64,000 bases of DNA, taken from assembly GCA_964566795.1 (NCBI GenBank), contig CAZMIU010000001.1, forward strand, positions 399,797-463,796, given 5' to 3'. The notes below the pieces were generated by a model. It did not search any database. It was not told where the DNA came from and saw nothing but the letters and a program-made list of their open reading frames with translations. Below are positions 53,058-63,542 of this stretch, piece by piece (position 1 is the stretch's first letter; every line of letters starts with the position of its first letter). Source of the DNA: an uncultured Candidatus Saccharibacteria bacterium (GTDB lineage: Bacteria > Patescibacteriota > Minisyncoccia > Phycocordibacterales > SBAW01). The position numbers were made by a program, and so were the translations under genes.

Positions 53058-53200
53058 ATGTGTGTGAGCCTAGTTCTCCCCTTTTCAGAGGTAACCTATG
53101 CCCGATTAGCTAACGCTTACAGATAATAAACGAACACAGGCACTGTAGCATAGAAAAACCCCGCGGTGAAGCGGGGTTTTTCTTTCAAACGTTGGGGTGA

Positions 53201-54394
53201 TTACGCGATTATCTTTGTGACAACGCCTGCACCTACGGTCTTGCCGCCCTCGCGGACTGCAAAGCGGGTCTTGTCCTCGAGTGCCACAGGCGCTACGAGC
53301 TTGACCTTAAAGGTAATGGTGTCGCCCGGCATAACCATCTCAGTACCAGCAGGCAAGGTTACCTCGCCGGTTACGTCCGTAGTGCGGACGTAGAACTGGG
53401 GCTTGTAGCCGGTGAAGAACGGCGTGTGGCGGCCACCCTCCTCCTTGGTGAGGATGTATACCTCGGCCTCAAACTCGGTGTGCGGGGTTACGGAACCCGG
53501 CTTAGCCAAGACCTGGCCGCGGTGGATGTCATCCTTGGCGGTACCGCGCAGGAGGATGCCTGCGTTGTCGCCTGCCTGGCCCTGGTCGAGCTGCTTGTTG
53601 AACATCTCGATACCGGTAACGGTGGTCTTAGTGGTTGGCTGGAGACCTACAATCTCGATATCCTCGCCTACCTTGAGCACGCCGCGCTCGATGCGGCCTG
53701 TCACTACAGTGCCGCGACCCTCGATAGAGAAGATGTCCTCTACCGGCATAAGGAACGGCTTGTCGAGCTCGCGGACCGGGTCTGGGAAGAAGCTGTCCAT
53801 GGTGTTAACGAGCTCCAATACCTTCTGAGACCACTCGTTGCTCAAGTCATTAGACTCGAGCGCCTTGAGGCCGGAACCCTTGATAACCGGAGAACCCTCG
53901 TAGCCCTGCTTGGCCAAAAGCTCCTTGATCTCCTCCTCGACGAGGTCCAAGAGATCCTTGTCCTCAACCATGTCGCACTTGTTGAGGAAGACGATGAGTT
54001 TCGGCACGCCAACCTGGCGGGCCAAGAGCACGTGCTCGCGGGTCTGGGGCATAAGGCCGTCAGTTGCCGCAACTACAAGCACTGCGCCGTCCATCTGGGC
54101 AGCACCGGTGATCATGTTCTTGATGTAGTCGGCGTGACCCGGAGCGTCGATGTGTGCGTAGTGACGCTTAGGGGTCTCGTACTCCGAGTGGTGGAGCGCG
54201 ATGGTGATACCGCGAGCCTTCTCCTCCGGAGCGTTGTCGATACCGTCAACGGCCTCGACGCGTGCGCCGTAACCCTGGCTCTTTGCCATGTCGAGCGTGT
54301 GGAGGATCGACGCGGTGAGCGTAGTCTTGCCGTGGTCAACGTGACCGATGGTGCCCACGTTCATGTGGGGCTTAGACCTTTCGAAATTTGCCAT
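53201..54394 (-). CDS. tuf: Elongation factor Tu
   Basis: [10 protein letters not shown] and DCPGHADY motifs. Confidence 0.98.
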   Translation of the reverse strand: MANFERSKPHMNVGTIGHVDHGKTTLTASILHTLDMAKSQGYGARVEAVDGIDNAPEEKARGITIALHHSEYETPKRHYAHIDAPGHADYIKNMITGAAQMDGAVLVVAATDGLMPQTREHVLLARQVGVPKLIVFLNKCDMVEDKDLLDLVEEEIKELLAKQGYEGSPVIKGSGLKALESNDLSNEWSQKVLELVNTMDSFFPDPVRELDKPFLMPVEDIFSIEGRGTVVTGRIERGVLKVGEDIEIVGLQPTTKTTVTGIEMFNKQLDQGQAGDNAGILLRGTAKDDIHRGQVLAKPGSVTPHTEFEAEVYILTKEEGGRHTPFFTGYKPQFYVRTTDVTGEVTLPAGTEMVMPGDTITFKVKLVAPVALEDKTRFAVREGGKTVGAGVVTKIIA

Positions 54395-54479
54395 AAATAA
54401 AACTAACTAATTAATAACAACTTATATACACAGCGCACTCCAAAAGCACAGGAAAGTAGCCCCATGTGCATTGCGGTTC

Positions 54480-54508
54480 AATATATAGCAGAAGGTACAC
54501 AGGTGCAA
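54480..54508 (-). promoter_or_regulatory. Candidate sigma-70 promoter for tuf (-35 TTGCAC, 17-nt spacer, -10 TATATT)
   Basis: On the minus strand the -35 is at 54503-54508 and the -10 at 54480-54485, about 85 nt upstream of the tuf ATG. Confidence 0.3.
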
Positions 54509-54557
54509 GCCCCGCAATGGTGCCTGCGGGGCGCACCGCTTATGTATTACTTATGTA

Positions 54558-56591
54558 TTAATAGAGTCCGGCCTGGAAGAGGAACTCGGAGAAGGCGTCT
54601 ACTATCATGTAGACCGGGGCCATCTCAACCGCTGCAAGCGCATCGGTCACTTTGCTCATGGTCTCGTAGAAACTTATAGGCAGGTATGGGAGCGCTGCCG
54701 TCAGCTCAGAGACAGGCACCATGGAGGTTGAGCCGGGCACGGTCACCGTCTTGGTGATTACCGGGGTCGGCGACGCGCATACCGCAGTCGCAGGGCATGA
54801 GGTTGGAGGGAGCACCTTGATGGTGTAGGTGCCGGCTGTTTTGTACGGATAGCTGCGGGTAAATACCGGCTGGCAGCTGCCGATACCTATGGGGATATTG
54901 GCACTAACGCCGTCACCATAGTCGAGCGTATAGGTCTTACCATCGCAGCCCTGGCCCGTGCTGCCCTGGATACTTACCCAAAGCGAGCCAGCAGAGGTTG
55001 CCACCGTGAGTGTGGGCTGTGTTACCGAGGTACCGCCTGTCGAGTCGCTGGGCTTTGAGGGATTAAGGTACACAAAGCCGGAGTCGAGCACGTCGCCCGC
55101 CTCGTTGAGTATCGCCACGCTGTAGGTACCCTGGGTAAAGGTGCGCGTGGTGGTGTGTGACCAGCGGCCACTTGTGACCGCGATAGCCGGCGAGTTGTAG
55201 ACAGTCGCCAAATCTTTCAGCATCGTGATGTAGATTTTTGAGATTGTAGCTGAGCCGCCAAAGGTTATCTTGCCGGTGCTGTCTGTTGAGGTAGTGTCGC
55301 GCGATACCTGCCTCTCCTGTGAGTTGCGGTCCATAACCTGCATAGAGAACACCGCGTTGCTCAGGCCCTGGGAGAGCACCGTACCGTCTGCCTTGTAGGC
55401 CACAACCTTGGCCTGGTACTTGTTGCCGGCGGGCACGCGTGCATACCCGCGGGTTGTTGAGTCCTGATTGCTGGTGCCTACGTTTACGCAGTTGTTGGTT
55501 TCAGGCAAAGGATATGAAACGCCTGATGAACCGTTGTAAAGGAAGGAGCATGCGTACGAGCCGGCAGGCATCTTGTAGTTGCGCCACCCAATAAGCATGC
55601 TGGTGCCAAAGTGGCCGTCGCGCGTAATGTCGTACGGACCTTTGCTATTTTTAGGGTACGTTACAACAACTGTCGGGACTGTATATACGGGCTCAGAAGA
55701 CGAATTATCCTCCTCCCCCTCATCTTCGTCCTCATCCTGGTCATTGCTGCAGGATGCGGTGTTCGAGTTGTCATTGCGGTTGCACTCTAAGCTTGCAGCC
55801 AGAACATTAACTGTCTTGAATGCCACCATCTCACCCTTGGCGCCATCTTTATGCAACGCTGCGACATAGGTACCCGGGGTCGAGTAGGTGTGGGTCGCGT
55901 TCACTTCCCCATATCCGCTGATTGAACCGTCGCCAAAGCTGATGTAGGCACCCGCGCTAAGTGCAGAGCCACTGCCTTTAAACGAAACCGTAAGGGGTGC
56001 CTTGCCCGATGTGGGGCTGGCAGTAAAAGTGACTTCACTCGTATTGCTGGAGGAATTCCCGATGATGAGAATGCCCTTAGCGAGAGCGACTTTGGATGCG
56101 TAATCAAATACTACTACCCTCATGGTAGCGGCGGCGTTGATACCAAATTGTGCAGACCAGCGGCCGTTTTTTACATCGGACTTCTCGATAAAGATGCCGT
56201 CCTTGCCGAGCTGGCCGGCAATGGTGTTGTAGTCCGTAATGGACGCGTAGGTCTCATAGTTTGTAGGCACGAGCACGACTGCGACTTTCTTGGTGTTAGC
56301 CGCGGTACCTGTGATATAAAACTTGCCCAAGCCAGTAGTGATCGACTCCTGGTCCAATGACGCACTGGATACGTTCGGATTGGTGGTGCCCGAACCGCCA
56401 CCGAGGACGGACTTAACCGTGTTGATGGTTGCCTGCGGCACATCAAACGCCTCGAGTAGGTTTATGACCGCGTTAATCTGCGCCGAGGTCAGCTGCCCTG
56501 CCGCCCGCGCCGGTTGTGCGCTTACGGCAACAAGTACGAGCGAGATGATAAGGGCGGCGAGGAGTGAGCGGATGGAGCGTGCAGCAGTCAT
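54558..56591 (-). CDS. Secreted multi-domain protein with PKD domain(s), an acidic linker and an N-terminal module shared with the next gene
   Basis: Signal MTAARSIRSLLAALIISLVLVAVSAQPARA. The PKD-like block is EVTFTASPTSGKAPLTVSFKGSGS..ISFGDGSISGYGEVNATHTYSTPGTYVAAL. The acidic stretch is DQDEDEDEGEEDNSS. Confidence 0.6.
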   Translation of the reverse strand: MTAARSIRSLLAALIISLVLVAVSAQPARAAGQLTSAQINAVINLLEAFDVPQATINTVKSVLGGGSGTTNPNVSSASLDQESITTGLGKFYITGTAANTKKVAVVLVPTNYETYASITDYNTIAGQLGKDGIFIEKSDVKNGRWSAQFGINAAATMRVVVFDYASKVALAKGILIIGNSSSNTSEVTFTASPTSGKAPLTVSFKGSGSALSAGAYISFGDGSISGYGEVNATHTYSTPGTYVAALHKDGAKGEMVAFKTVNVLAASLECNRNDNSNTASCSNDQDEDEDEGEEDNSSSEPVYTVPTVVVTYPKNSKGPYDITRDGHFGTSMLIGWRNYKMPAGSYACSFLYNGSSGVSYPLPETNNCVNVGTSNQDSTTRGYARVPAGNKYQAKVVAYKADGTVLSQGLSNAVFSMQVMDRNSQERQVSRDTTSTDSTGKITFGGSATISKIYITMLKDLATVYNSPAIAVTSGRWSHTTTRTFTQGTYSVAILNEAGDVLDSGFVYLNPSKPSDSTGGTSVTQPTLTVATSAGSLWVSIQGSTGQGCDGKTYTLDYGDGVSANIPIGIGSCQPVFTRSYPYKTAGTYTIKVLPPTSCPATAVCASPTPVITKTVTVPGSTSMVPVSELTAALPYLPISFYETMSKVTDALAAVEMAPVYMIVDAFSEFLFQAGLY

Positions 56592-56609
56592 ACGAGTTAC
56601 AAATTGAAA

Positions 56610-58163
56610 TTAAAATCCAAATAATGCGGCATAGGCCGAGAGCACGCCAGCGAGCGACCAGTTTATCTCTATGATCTGGTCTGCAACAATGTTTATAGAT
56701 GCAGTCATAGACTCCATCGGGATCATGGCGGCGGCGGCCATCATCTGGCCTCCGTCAAACAGTGCCGACGAGATGCCAAAATTGCGCGGCCATGAGGTTA
56801 TCGACTGCAGGTTGATGCCCGCAGCATCGAGCTGCGATTGCATGCTAGAGAGATCTGCCTTGCTAAACCCAAAGTTGGTTATGTGCTTGAGGAGCACGTC
56901 CGGGTTGGCTGCCGATGTAAGCTGGTAGCCGTTTGCATCTACAAGCGCGAGCACGTAGTTGACGCCGACACCCGGGAGTATCTCCTTGTAGAAGGTAAAG
57001 TTGCCCGCGTGCGCAAGTACCGTGGTGTTGGCGCGGTCTGCCGGGCGGGTGGCGCCCGATGCCAGGTAGGCGGTGGAGCCGCTATTGTACATGGCACTGG
57101 TAAGTGCGCGCGCCGTTGCGAGCGGATTTGCGGAGGACATTATGACGCCCCAATCGCGCATGTCGACGTTGGACCCTATGACGCCGTAGAGCATGCTCGA
57201 GGCGATAGACGCGTCGGTCTTGGCCGCGGCGGCAAACTGCGCCGTGTTGGGCTTGGACGCAGACATGCTGTTTGTACCTGTGTTGGTAGTTGTGTTGGTG
57301 TTTGTGTTCGTCTCAGTTGTGGTCTCGGTCTGTGTTGCCGGCATCTCGCCGCCGGTGGTGATGAGACCCGGTATAAAACCGCGGGGCCACGAAGTTGCCG
57401 ATTGAAGGTTGATACCCTTTCCATCAAGCTGGGCCTGGAGCACAGCCAACTCTGCCTTGTTAAACCCAAAGTTTAGGACCAGCTTCTGGAGCGTGTCGGA
57501 GTTGGCTGCCGATGTAAGCTGGTAGCCGTTCTTGTCTACAAGCGCGAGCACGTAGTTGATGATGCTGCCCGGCAAGATTTCCTTGTAGAGCGTAAAGTTG
57601 CCATAGCTGGCAAGCACTGAGGTGTTGGCGCGGTCCTGGGGGCGGGTGGCGCCCGATGCCAAATATGCCTTAGAGCCGCTGTTGTACATTGCCGCAGTTG
57701 CCGCACGGGCGGCAGCAAGCGGGTTAGACGACGCCATGATGGCCGTCCAGTCGCGCACATCCAGGTTGGACCCTATGACGCCGTAGAGCATGCTCGAGGC
57801 GGTAGACGCGTCGGTCTTGGCCGCGGCGGCAAACTGCGCCGTGTTGGGCTTGGACGATGAGATTGTCTGGCTTTGCTGTGTCTGCGTGCTCGCCGGAGTT
57901 TCTGGCTCTACGGACGGTGCCACAGGCATCGTCGCTGCAGGAGCGGTGCCGCCGTTTAAAATGGTTTTGACGTTGGCGATGGTTGCCGCATCAACGCCGA
58001 AGGCGGACAAAAGCCCTATAACGCCGCTTACCTGGGTTGAGGTAAGCCCGGCCGCCTGGGCGGGGGTCGGGGTTACCACAAGAGCGAGGGTGAGCACAAA
58101 CATGACAACGCCTACAACCAGGTGTAGTGCGATGGAGCGGAGGGCTATAGGGCGGGCGTGCAT
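56610..58163 (-). CDS. Secreted protein with a perfect ~200-aa internal tandem duplication and the shared N-terminal module
   Basis: Signal, then AGLTSTQVSGVIGLLSAFGVDAATIANVKTILNGG. The unit SKPNTAQFAAAAKTDAS..LYGVIGSN.D.RDW..IM.S.NPLA.AR..T.AMYNSGS.AYLASGATRP.DRANT.VLA..GNFT.YKEILPG...NYVLALVD.NGYQLTSAAN.D.L repeats twice. Confidence 0.55.
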   Translation of the reverse strand: MHARPIALRSIALHLVVGVVMFVLTLALVVTPTPAQAAGLTSTQVSGVIGLLSAFGVDAATIANVKTILNGGTAPAATMPVAPSVEPETPASTQTQQSQTISSSKPNTAQFAAAAKTDASTASSMLYGVIGSNLDVRDWTAIMASSNPLAAARAATAAMYNSGSKAYLASGATRPQDRANTSVLASYGNFTLYKEILPGSIINYVLALVDKNGYQLTSAANSDTLQKLVLNFGFNKAELAVLQAQLDGKGINLQSATSWPRGFIPGLITTGGEMPATQTETTTETNTNTNTTTNTGTNSMSASKPNTAQFAAAAKTDASIASSMLYGVIGSNVDMRDWGVIMSSANPLATARALTSAMYNSGSTAYLASGATRPADRANTTVLAHAGNFTFYKEILPGVGVNYVLALVDANGYQLTSAANPDVLLKHITNFGFSKADLSSMQSQLDAAGINLQSITSWPRNFGISSALFDGGQMMAAAAMIPMESMTASINIVADQIIEINWSLAGVLSAYAALFGF

Positions 58164-58325
58164 AGGGACTAGTTATTTCTAAAAACGTATAAGTGGCTGC
58201 AGAACAAGCAGGAGCGGAGCGACAAAACAAGAAAGGGCCCCAACGCAAATGCGTTGGTGCCCTGTATGAGACTCAGTATAGTCCCTCTTGCCTACCCCAC
58301 AAGTAGGGGGTGTGTATAAGTGTCG

Positions 58326-59465
58326 TTAATCCTCGATGGTAAAGAGGTGGCTCTTGTCATCGTCCAGCCTCTCGCCGGTGCCATTGTCGTCCTCGTACAG
58401 GCTCGCCTTGATGTAGTACTCGCCGTCAAGGTCATAGCCGCACAAGCCGTTAGGGTACTGGAGGGTGCAGTAGTCGCCCTTCTCAGGCACATCCCACTCA
58501 TACTCCTCCTCATCGGCATCAACGATGGCTATAGTGCCAACGCGGTCGTCGTCCTCGTCATAAAGCTCCAGGACCACGGAGGCGTCGTTAGGCTCGTCGG
58601 TGACATTCCACTCGATATCAAGGTCATCGCCCTGCTCTACCTCGACATTGGAAGAGGGCGAGGTTACGTCTATAGTGCCGTCCTCATCGTTGTCGTTATC
58701 ATTGTCGTCATCGTCCTCAGTCACGCGGAAGGTGGCCTCATCGCGGTCAAGCTCCTTAACCTCAATGTTCCAGTCGCGGAAGTTGACGTCGTCACCGTCT
58801 TCAAGGATATACGACTGCGAGGGAGCATAGAAGCAGTAGGTGCCCGCCCTGCAGCCTTCGGTTACCGTAATGCGCACGGCCTGGGGCTCCTGATTGTAGT
58901 AATAGCCATAGCCGTACTGGCTCATAACCACCTGGTTAAGCGTGATAGTGAGGTCTTCATTGCGCAGCTCGCCTGTCTCGCCCACATCAAGAGAGAAGTC
59001 ACGGTCAAGACGGAAGGTCGTGGTGCGGGTAGTGGGGTTGGTCGGATAGCCCGGGTTATAGCTGCCGCCGCATACGCGTGCGATTGCCTGGCGGGTCAGA
59101 GGACCAACCCCGCCCGTTGCCGGGTATACGCCGTTTTCCTGCTGGAAGCGGGTCACGTAGTAGCTCGTGAGCTGGCCATAGTAGCCGCCCGTGAGGCGCG
59201 TGTCGCTATAGCGGGAGCGCAAAAAGTTCTGCAGTGAGCTTACCTGGCCGCCGGTGGTGTAGTCGCTGGAGCCCAGGGTGAGGTTGTAGCTCAGAGCCGG
59301 GCAGCCGTAGGAGGTACCACCATAGTACTGGTTGGTGTACTGCGGCTGGGTGTACTGCGGGTAGTAGTAGCTCGGGTTGTAGGTCTGAGCCATTGCCGGA
59401 GCGGCCACAAAGAGACCCGCGAGGGCTGCGAGGCCAAATACAAAGGTTTTCATACGATTTTGCAT
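58326..59465 (-). CDS. Secreted protein with a PG_binding_1 (peptidoglycan-binding) domain and a highly acidic C-terminal domain
   Basis: Signal MKTFVFGLAALAGLFVAAPAMA; a Tyr/Gln-rich stretch; GGQVSSLQNFLRS..GGYYGQLTSYYVTRFQQENGVYPATGGVGPLTRQAIA; D/E-rich blocks. Confidence 0.6.
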   Translation of the reverse strand: MQNRMKTFVFGLAALAGLFVAAPAMAQTYNPSYYYPQYTQPQYTNQYYGGTSYGCPALSYNLTLGSSDYTTGGQVSSLQNFLRSRYSDTRLTGGYYGQLTSYYVTRFQQENGVYPATGGVGPLTRQAIARVCGGSYNPGYPTNPTTRTTTFRLDRDFSLDVGETGELRNEDLTITLNQVVMSQYGYGYYYNQEPQAVRITVTEGCRAGTYCFYAPSQSYILEDGDDVNFRDWNIEVKELDRDEATFRVTEDDDDNDNDNDEDGTIDVTSPSSNVEVEQGDDLDIEWNVTDEPNDASVVLELYDEDDDRVGTIAIVDADEEEYEWDVPEKGDYCTLQYPNGLCGYDLDGEYYIKASLYEDDNGTGERLDDDKSHLFTIED

Positions 59466-59588
59466 TGATAAATAAGGCTAAAATGGGCCCTTGATAATTA
59501 GGTTCGCGCTTACAATACCACAAGACGCGCAAAGCGCAACTGTATTACAAAAGCCCGGGGTTTCCCCCGGGCTTTGTCGTGATGTGGC

Positions 59589-60221
59589 TCAATTGGGTCG
59601 GCCTGTTGCTTGTTCTGCCGAAGGAGGGGGCGTAAGTAGAGCATACCCCCGAAACACGCTCCTCGTGCACTCCTGCTCGGTAAGTGGGCGGCCAGCGTCG
59701 CAAGTATCTCCAATGATTGAGAATATCAGGGACATTGCCTTTGAACACTGGTTCATTGCATTACCCAGACTCTCCTTATATTCCTCGTCGCAAAGAGAGC
59801 TGTAAAAGACCGGAACGACATACTGCAGTACAGCAATCTTCTTGTCATACGCAGGGATGACATATCCAGCCAGAGTATCCTCGGCGCGCTCGAGCGCTTT
59901 TTTTATCGAGCGGTCGACCGTGCGCGAGAAAGCCTCAAATTTGGCATTCGTCAGAAACTTCTGCTGGTGCTGCATCCCGACTATGACTAATTCGTCGCTT
60001 AGTCTGTGCTCAATACGGGAGCAGAAGCTTGTTCCGTCGTTTGCTTTCATCAAAAACTCTATTCTCTGCGTCGACTCCCGGAGGATAGTGCAGACGTCAT
60101 TGTTTTCGATAAGACCTTGTCGGGCGACAGCTAGCGGGCGACTGGAAGTTCCTACCATGGCTCTGCCTTTCTTTTGTGACAACTTCTGTATCCATTCAAG
60201 CACCGGCACGCACAAATGCAA
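59589..60221 (-). CDS. Hypothetical cytoplasmic protein in a locally lower-GC segment
   Basis: 210-aa ORF with noticeably lower GC than its flanks; flanked by hairpin terminators. Confidence 0.4.
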   Translation of the reverse strand: MHLCVPVLEWIQKLSQKKGRAMVGTSSRPLAVARQGLIENNDVCTILRESTQRIEFLMKANDGTSFCSRIEHRLSDELVIVGMQHQQKFLTNAKFEAFSRTVDRSIKKALERAEDTLAGYVIPAYDKKIAVLQYVVPVFYSSLCDEEYKESLGNAMNQCSKAMSLIFSIIGDTCDAGRPLTEQECTRSVFRGYALLTPPPSAEQATGRPN

Positions 60222-60242
60222 GCCGGTTGTTATAACGAAAAA

Positions 60243-60272
60243 ACGCCGCCCCCGCGTGGGGCGGCGTTTTTC
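60243..60272. terminator. Bidirectional rho-independent terminator after fusA
   Basis: acgccgcccc-cgcgt-ggggcggcgttttt. Confidence 0.7.
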
Positions 60273-60285
60273 TTACGTCTTTGGA

Positions 60286-62436
60286 TTACTTGCGTGCGGC
60301 AACGATGGTTGCGGCTACCTGCGGAGGCACCACCTCGTAGTGGTCGAACTCCATGGTAAACGACGCGCGGCCCTCAGACATTGAGCGCAGCGCTGTAGTG
60401 TAGCCGAACATCTCCGAAAGAGGCACCTTGGCACGGATTGCACGCGCGAGCCCGCGCTCCTCCATGCCCTCAATCTGGCCGCGCTTGGAGTTAAGGGAGC
60501 CGGTTACGTCACCCATGAACTTCTCGGGGGTAACGACCTCCACTTTCATAATCGGCTCCAGAAGTACAGGCTTTGCCTTGGTCATTGCATCCTGGAAGCC
60601 CATAGATGCGGCGATTTTAAAGGCAATCTCGGATGAGTCCACATCGTGGTAGGAACCGTCATAGAGCTCGATGGAGATGTCGACCATCTTAAAGCCGGCA
60701 ACATAGCCGCGCTCCATAGCCTCGCGCACGCCGTCCTCTACCGGACCGATAAACTCGTTGGGGACCACGCCGCCCTTGATGTTGTTGATAAACTCGAAGT
60801 GGTCCTCGCGGGTAACGTTCTTAGCCTGCTTCTTGTCCTCGTTCACGGGCTCAAGCGGCTTTACGCGCAGGCGCACATGGCCGTACTGGCCCTTGCCGCC
60901 TGTCTGCTTGATGTACTTGCCCTCGCCCTCTGCCGGTGCCTGGATAGTCTCGCGGTAGGCAACCTGGGGCTTGCCGGTGTTGGCCTCGACGCCAAACTCG
61001 CGCTTCATGCGGTCTACCAAGATCTCGAGGTGGAGCTCACCCATGCCCGAGATTAGGGTCTCGTTGGTCTCGGTATCGGTGGTCACACGGAAGGTTGGGT
61101 CCTCGTCTGCAAGCTTCTTCATGGCCATACCCATCTTCTCCTGGTCGGCCTTGGTCTTGGGCTCGATGCGCATCGAGATAACCGGCTCGGGTACGGTAAT
61201 GCCCTCGAGGATAATGGGGTTGGTCTCGTCTGAGAGCGTGTGGCCGGTCTTAGCCGACTTCAGCCCCACGGCTGCGGCAATCTCGCCTGCAAACACCTTT
61301 TTTACCTCTTCGCGCTTGTCTGCCTGGAGGCGCACGATGCGGCCCAGGCGCTCCTTCTCACCCGTGGAAGAGTTGATGATGTAGGAACCTGCCTCCACAA
61401 CGCCCGAGTACACACGGAAGAATGTCAGCTGGCCCACAAACGGGTCTGCCTGGAGCTTAAAGGCGAGCGCGGAGAACGGCTCGTCGTCTGCGGCCTGGCG
61501 CATGATAGGGTCGCCGGTCTTGGGGTTGGTGCCGGTGATTGGCGGCATGTCTACCGGTGAGGGTAGGTAGTCGACAACAGCGTCAAGCACCAATTGCACG
61601 CCGCGGTTCTTGAGTGCCGAGCCGGTGTATACGGGGAAAATCTTGTTGTTGATGACTGCTTTGCGGAGGGTCTTTTTGAGATCCTCAAGCGACGGCTCCT
61701 TGCCGTCGAGGTATGCGGTCATGAGGTCATCGTCGTTCTCAACGATCTTCTCGATAAGCTCTGCGCGGTACTTCTTGGCATCCTCGAGCATGTCTGCCGG
61801 GATGTCGTAGGTAGACACGATCTCACCCATGGCGCCCTCAAACTTGTAGGCCTTCATGGTAAGGAGGTCGACAACGCCGTCGAACTCGGCCTCAGCACCA
61901 ATGGGGAGCTGCATGCGCACTGCGCGCGGGGTAAGGCGGTCGAGGATGGAGGCGTACGACTTCTCAAACGATGCACCCATGCGGTCCATCTTGTTTATAA
62001 AGCAGATGCGCGGCACGTTGGCCTCGTCTGCATAGCGCCAGTTGGTCTCAGACTGTGGCTCTACACCGGCAACGCCGTCAAACACCACTACTGCGCCGTC
62101 GAGCACGCGCATGGAGCGCTTAACCTCTACGGTAAAGTCGATGTGGCCGGGGGTGTCGATAACGTTGAAGCGGAATTTCTTGGATGCGTCCTTTTTGTCC
62201 GGCTCGTCGGTCTTGGACCAGAAGCAGGTGATAGCCGCCGCGGTAATGGTGATGCCGCGCTCGCGCTCCTGCTCCATCCAGTCAGTCGTGGTCTGGCCGT
62301 CGTGCACCTCGCCTATCTTGTGCTGGGAACCGGTGTAGTACAGCACGCGCTCAGACGTGGTGGTCTTGCCGGCATCGATATGGGCGATGATGCCAAAGTT
62401 GCGGATCTTCTCGAGCGGGTAATCTCTAGTGGGCAT
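60286..62436 (-). CDS. fusA: Elongation factor G
   Basis: Start at [27 protein letters not shown] (716 aa). The ORF-track entry extends a further 300 aa upstream through an open frame and was trimmed. Confidence 0.97.
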   Translation of the reverse strand: MPTRDYPLEKIRNFGIIAHIDAGKTTTSERVLYYTGSQHKIGEVHDGQTTTDWMEQERERGITITAAAITCFWSKTDEPDKKDASKKFRFNVIDTPGHIDFTVEVKRSMRVLDGAVVVFDGVAGVEPQSETNWRYADEANVPRICFINKMDRMGASFEKSYASILDRLTPRAVRMQLPIGAEAEFDGVVDLLTMKAYKFEGAMGEIVSTYDIPADMLEDAKKYRAELIEKIVENDDDLMTAYLDGKEPSLEDLKKTLRKAVINNKIFPVYTGSALKNRGVQLVLDAVVDYLPSPVDMPPITGTNPKTGDPIMRQAADDEPFSALAFKLQADPFVGQLTFFRVYSGVVEAGSYIINSSTGEKERLGRIVRLQADKREEVKKVFAGEIAAAVGLKSAKTGHTLSDETNPIILEGITVPEPVISMRIEPKTKADQEKMGMAMKKLADEDPTFRVTTDTETNETLISGMGELHLEILVDRMKREFGVEANTGKPQVAYRETIQAPAEGEGKYIKQTGGKGQYGHVRLRVKPLEPVNEDKKQAKNVTREDHFEFINNIKGGVVPNEFIGPVEDGVREAMERGYVAGFKMVDISIELYDGSYHDVDSSEIAFKIAASMGFQDAMTKAKPVLLEPIMKVEVVTPEKFMGDVTGSLNSKRGQIEGMEERGLARAIRAKVPLSEMFGYTTALRSMSEGRASFTMEFDHYEVVPPQVAATIVAARK

Positions 62437-62539
62437 GAGCTTATAGTCTAAGTAATAATTAGATTCAAAAATCCGCCGGTAGGCGGGCTTGGCACTATAG
62501 TACTGCGTCCGGGGCAAAAAGCAATATACTAAGTTCATC

Positions 62540-62980
62540 ATGGACAACATAACCGAACCCCAATTTGAGTGCTGCCACTGCTCTTTAGAGGTCACACCCA
62601 ACCCCTCCATGGGCACGATGCACCGCAACCACTGCAACCACTGTTTGTGGAGTAAGCACGTGGACCAGACCCCGGGCGACCGCGCCTCCACCTGTGGCGG
62701 ATGCATGGAGCCCATAGGTGTGACGCTCAAGCACGAGGGCCAGGACAAGTACGGCAAAGAGAGGCTGGGCGACGTGATGCTCGCACACCGCTGCACGCAA
62801 TGCGGACACATAAACATTAACCGCATAGCAGCCGACGACCCGGAAGACCTGATAGTAAAAGTGTTTGATATATCAAGCACCCTGCCCCGAGAGACGCTCG
62901 ACGGGCTCGCAAAACAAAACATCGCGCTCCTAACCGATAAAAAACTCCTAAAGGAAAAGCTTTTTGGAAAGAGTAAATAA
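62540..62980 (+). CDS. RNHCP-domain Cys/His-rich (zinc-binding) protein, antisense to and inside the rpsG-fusA spacer
   Basis: ECCHC...HRNHCNHC...CGGC...CTQCGH cysteine/histidine clusters including the eponymous RNHC motif; followed by a terminator. Confidence 0.55.
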   Translation: MDNITEPQFECCHCSLEVTPNPSMGTMHRNHCNHCLWSKHVDQTPGDRASTCGGCMEPIGVTLKHEGQDKYGKERLGDVMLAHRCTQCGHININRIAADDPEDLIVKVFDISSTLPRETLDGLAKQNIALLTDKKLLKEKLFGKSK

Positions 62981-62988
62981 ATACAAAA

Positions 62989-63012
62989 ACGCCGCCCGGA
63001 TGGGCGGCATTC
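62989..63012 (+). terminator. Rho-independent terminator after the RNHCP gene
   Basis: cgccgccc-ggat-gggcggc followed by attcttttatattttt. Confidence 0.6.
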
Positions 63013-63049
63013 TTTTATATTTTTGGGATTACCAGGCGACCAATTGGGG

Positions 63050-63520
63050 TTACCAGGCGAAGTGTGCAAAAGCCTTGTTAGCCTCGGCCATGCGGTGGGT
63101 GTCCTCTTTCTTCTTAAAGGCAAAGCCCTCGTTGTTGGCAGCTGCCATAAGCTCGGTAGCCAACTTCTCGGCCATAGGGCGGCCCTTGGCAGAGCGTGCT
63201 GCCTGGAGTATCCAGCGGAAGGCCATGGCCTGCTTGCGCTCGGGGCGCACCTCGCGGGGCACCTGGTAGTTGGCACCGCCCACGCGGCGCGAGCGGATCT
63301 CCATCGCAGGAGAAACGTTGCGGATAGCGGTCTCAAAGAGCTCTACCGGGTTCTCTACCTTGGCCTTCTCCTTCATGATGTCAAAGGCATCGTATACAAC
63401 CTTGCGTGCGGTCGACTTCTTGCCGTCCCACATAACAGAGTTGATAAACTTCTCCACGCGGACAGAGCCGAACTTGATGTCCGGACCTGCCATGTTGCGA
63501 TTTTTAACGGGGCGACGCAT
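63050..63520 (-). CDS. rpsG: 30S ribosomal protein S7
   Basis: Family similarity. Confidence 0.97.
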   Translation of the reverse strand: MRRPVKNRNMAGPDIKFGSVRVEKFINSVMWDGKKSTARKVVYDAFDIMKEKAKVENPVELFETAIRNVSPAMEIRSRRVGGANYQVPREVRPERKQAMAFRWILQAARSAKGRPMAEKLATELMAAANNEGFAFKKKEDTHRMAEANKAFAHFAW

Positions 63521-63542
63521 ATCAGTAAATTAAAATATCAAA

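Noticed and set aside
60286-63336. 1016-aa minus-strand ORF.
   Set aside because: Only the C-terminal 716 aa (from [10 protein letters not shown] at 62436) are EF-G. The upstream 300 aa are an open frame crossing the RNHCP gene (antisense) and rpsG in a different frame, with junk composition.
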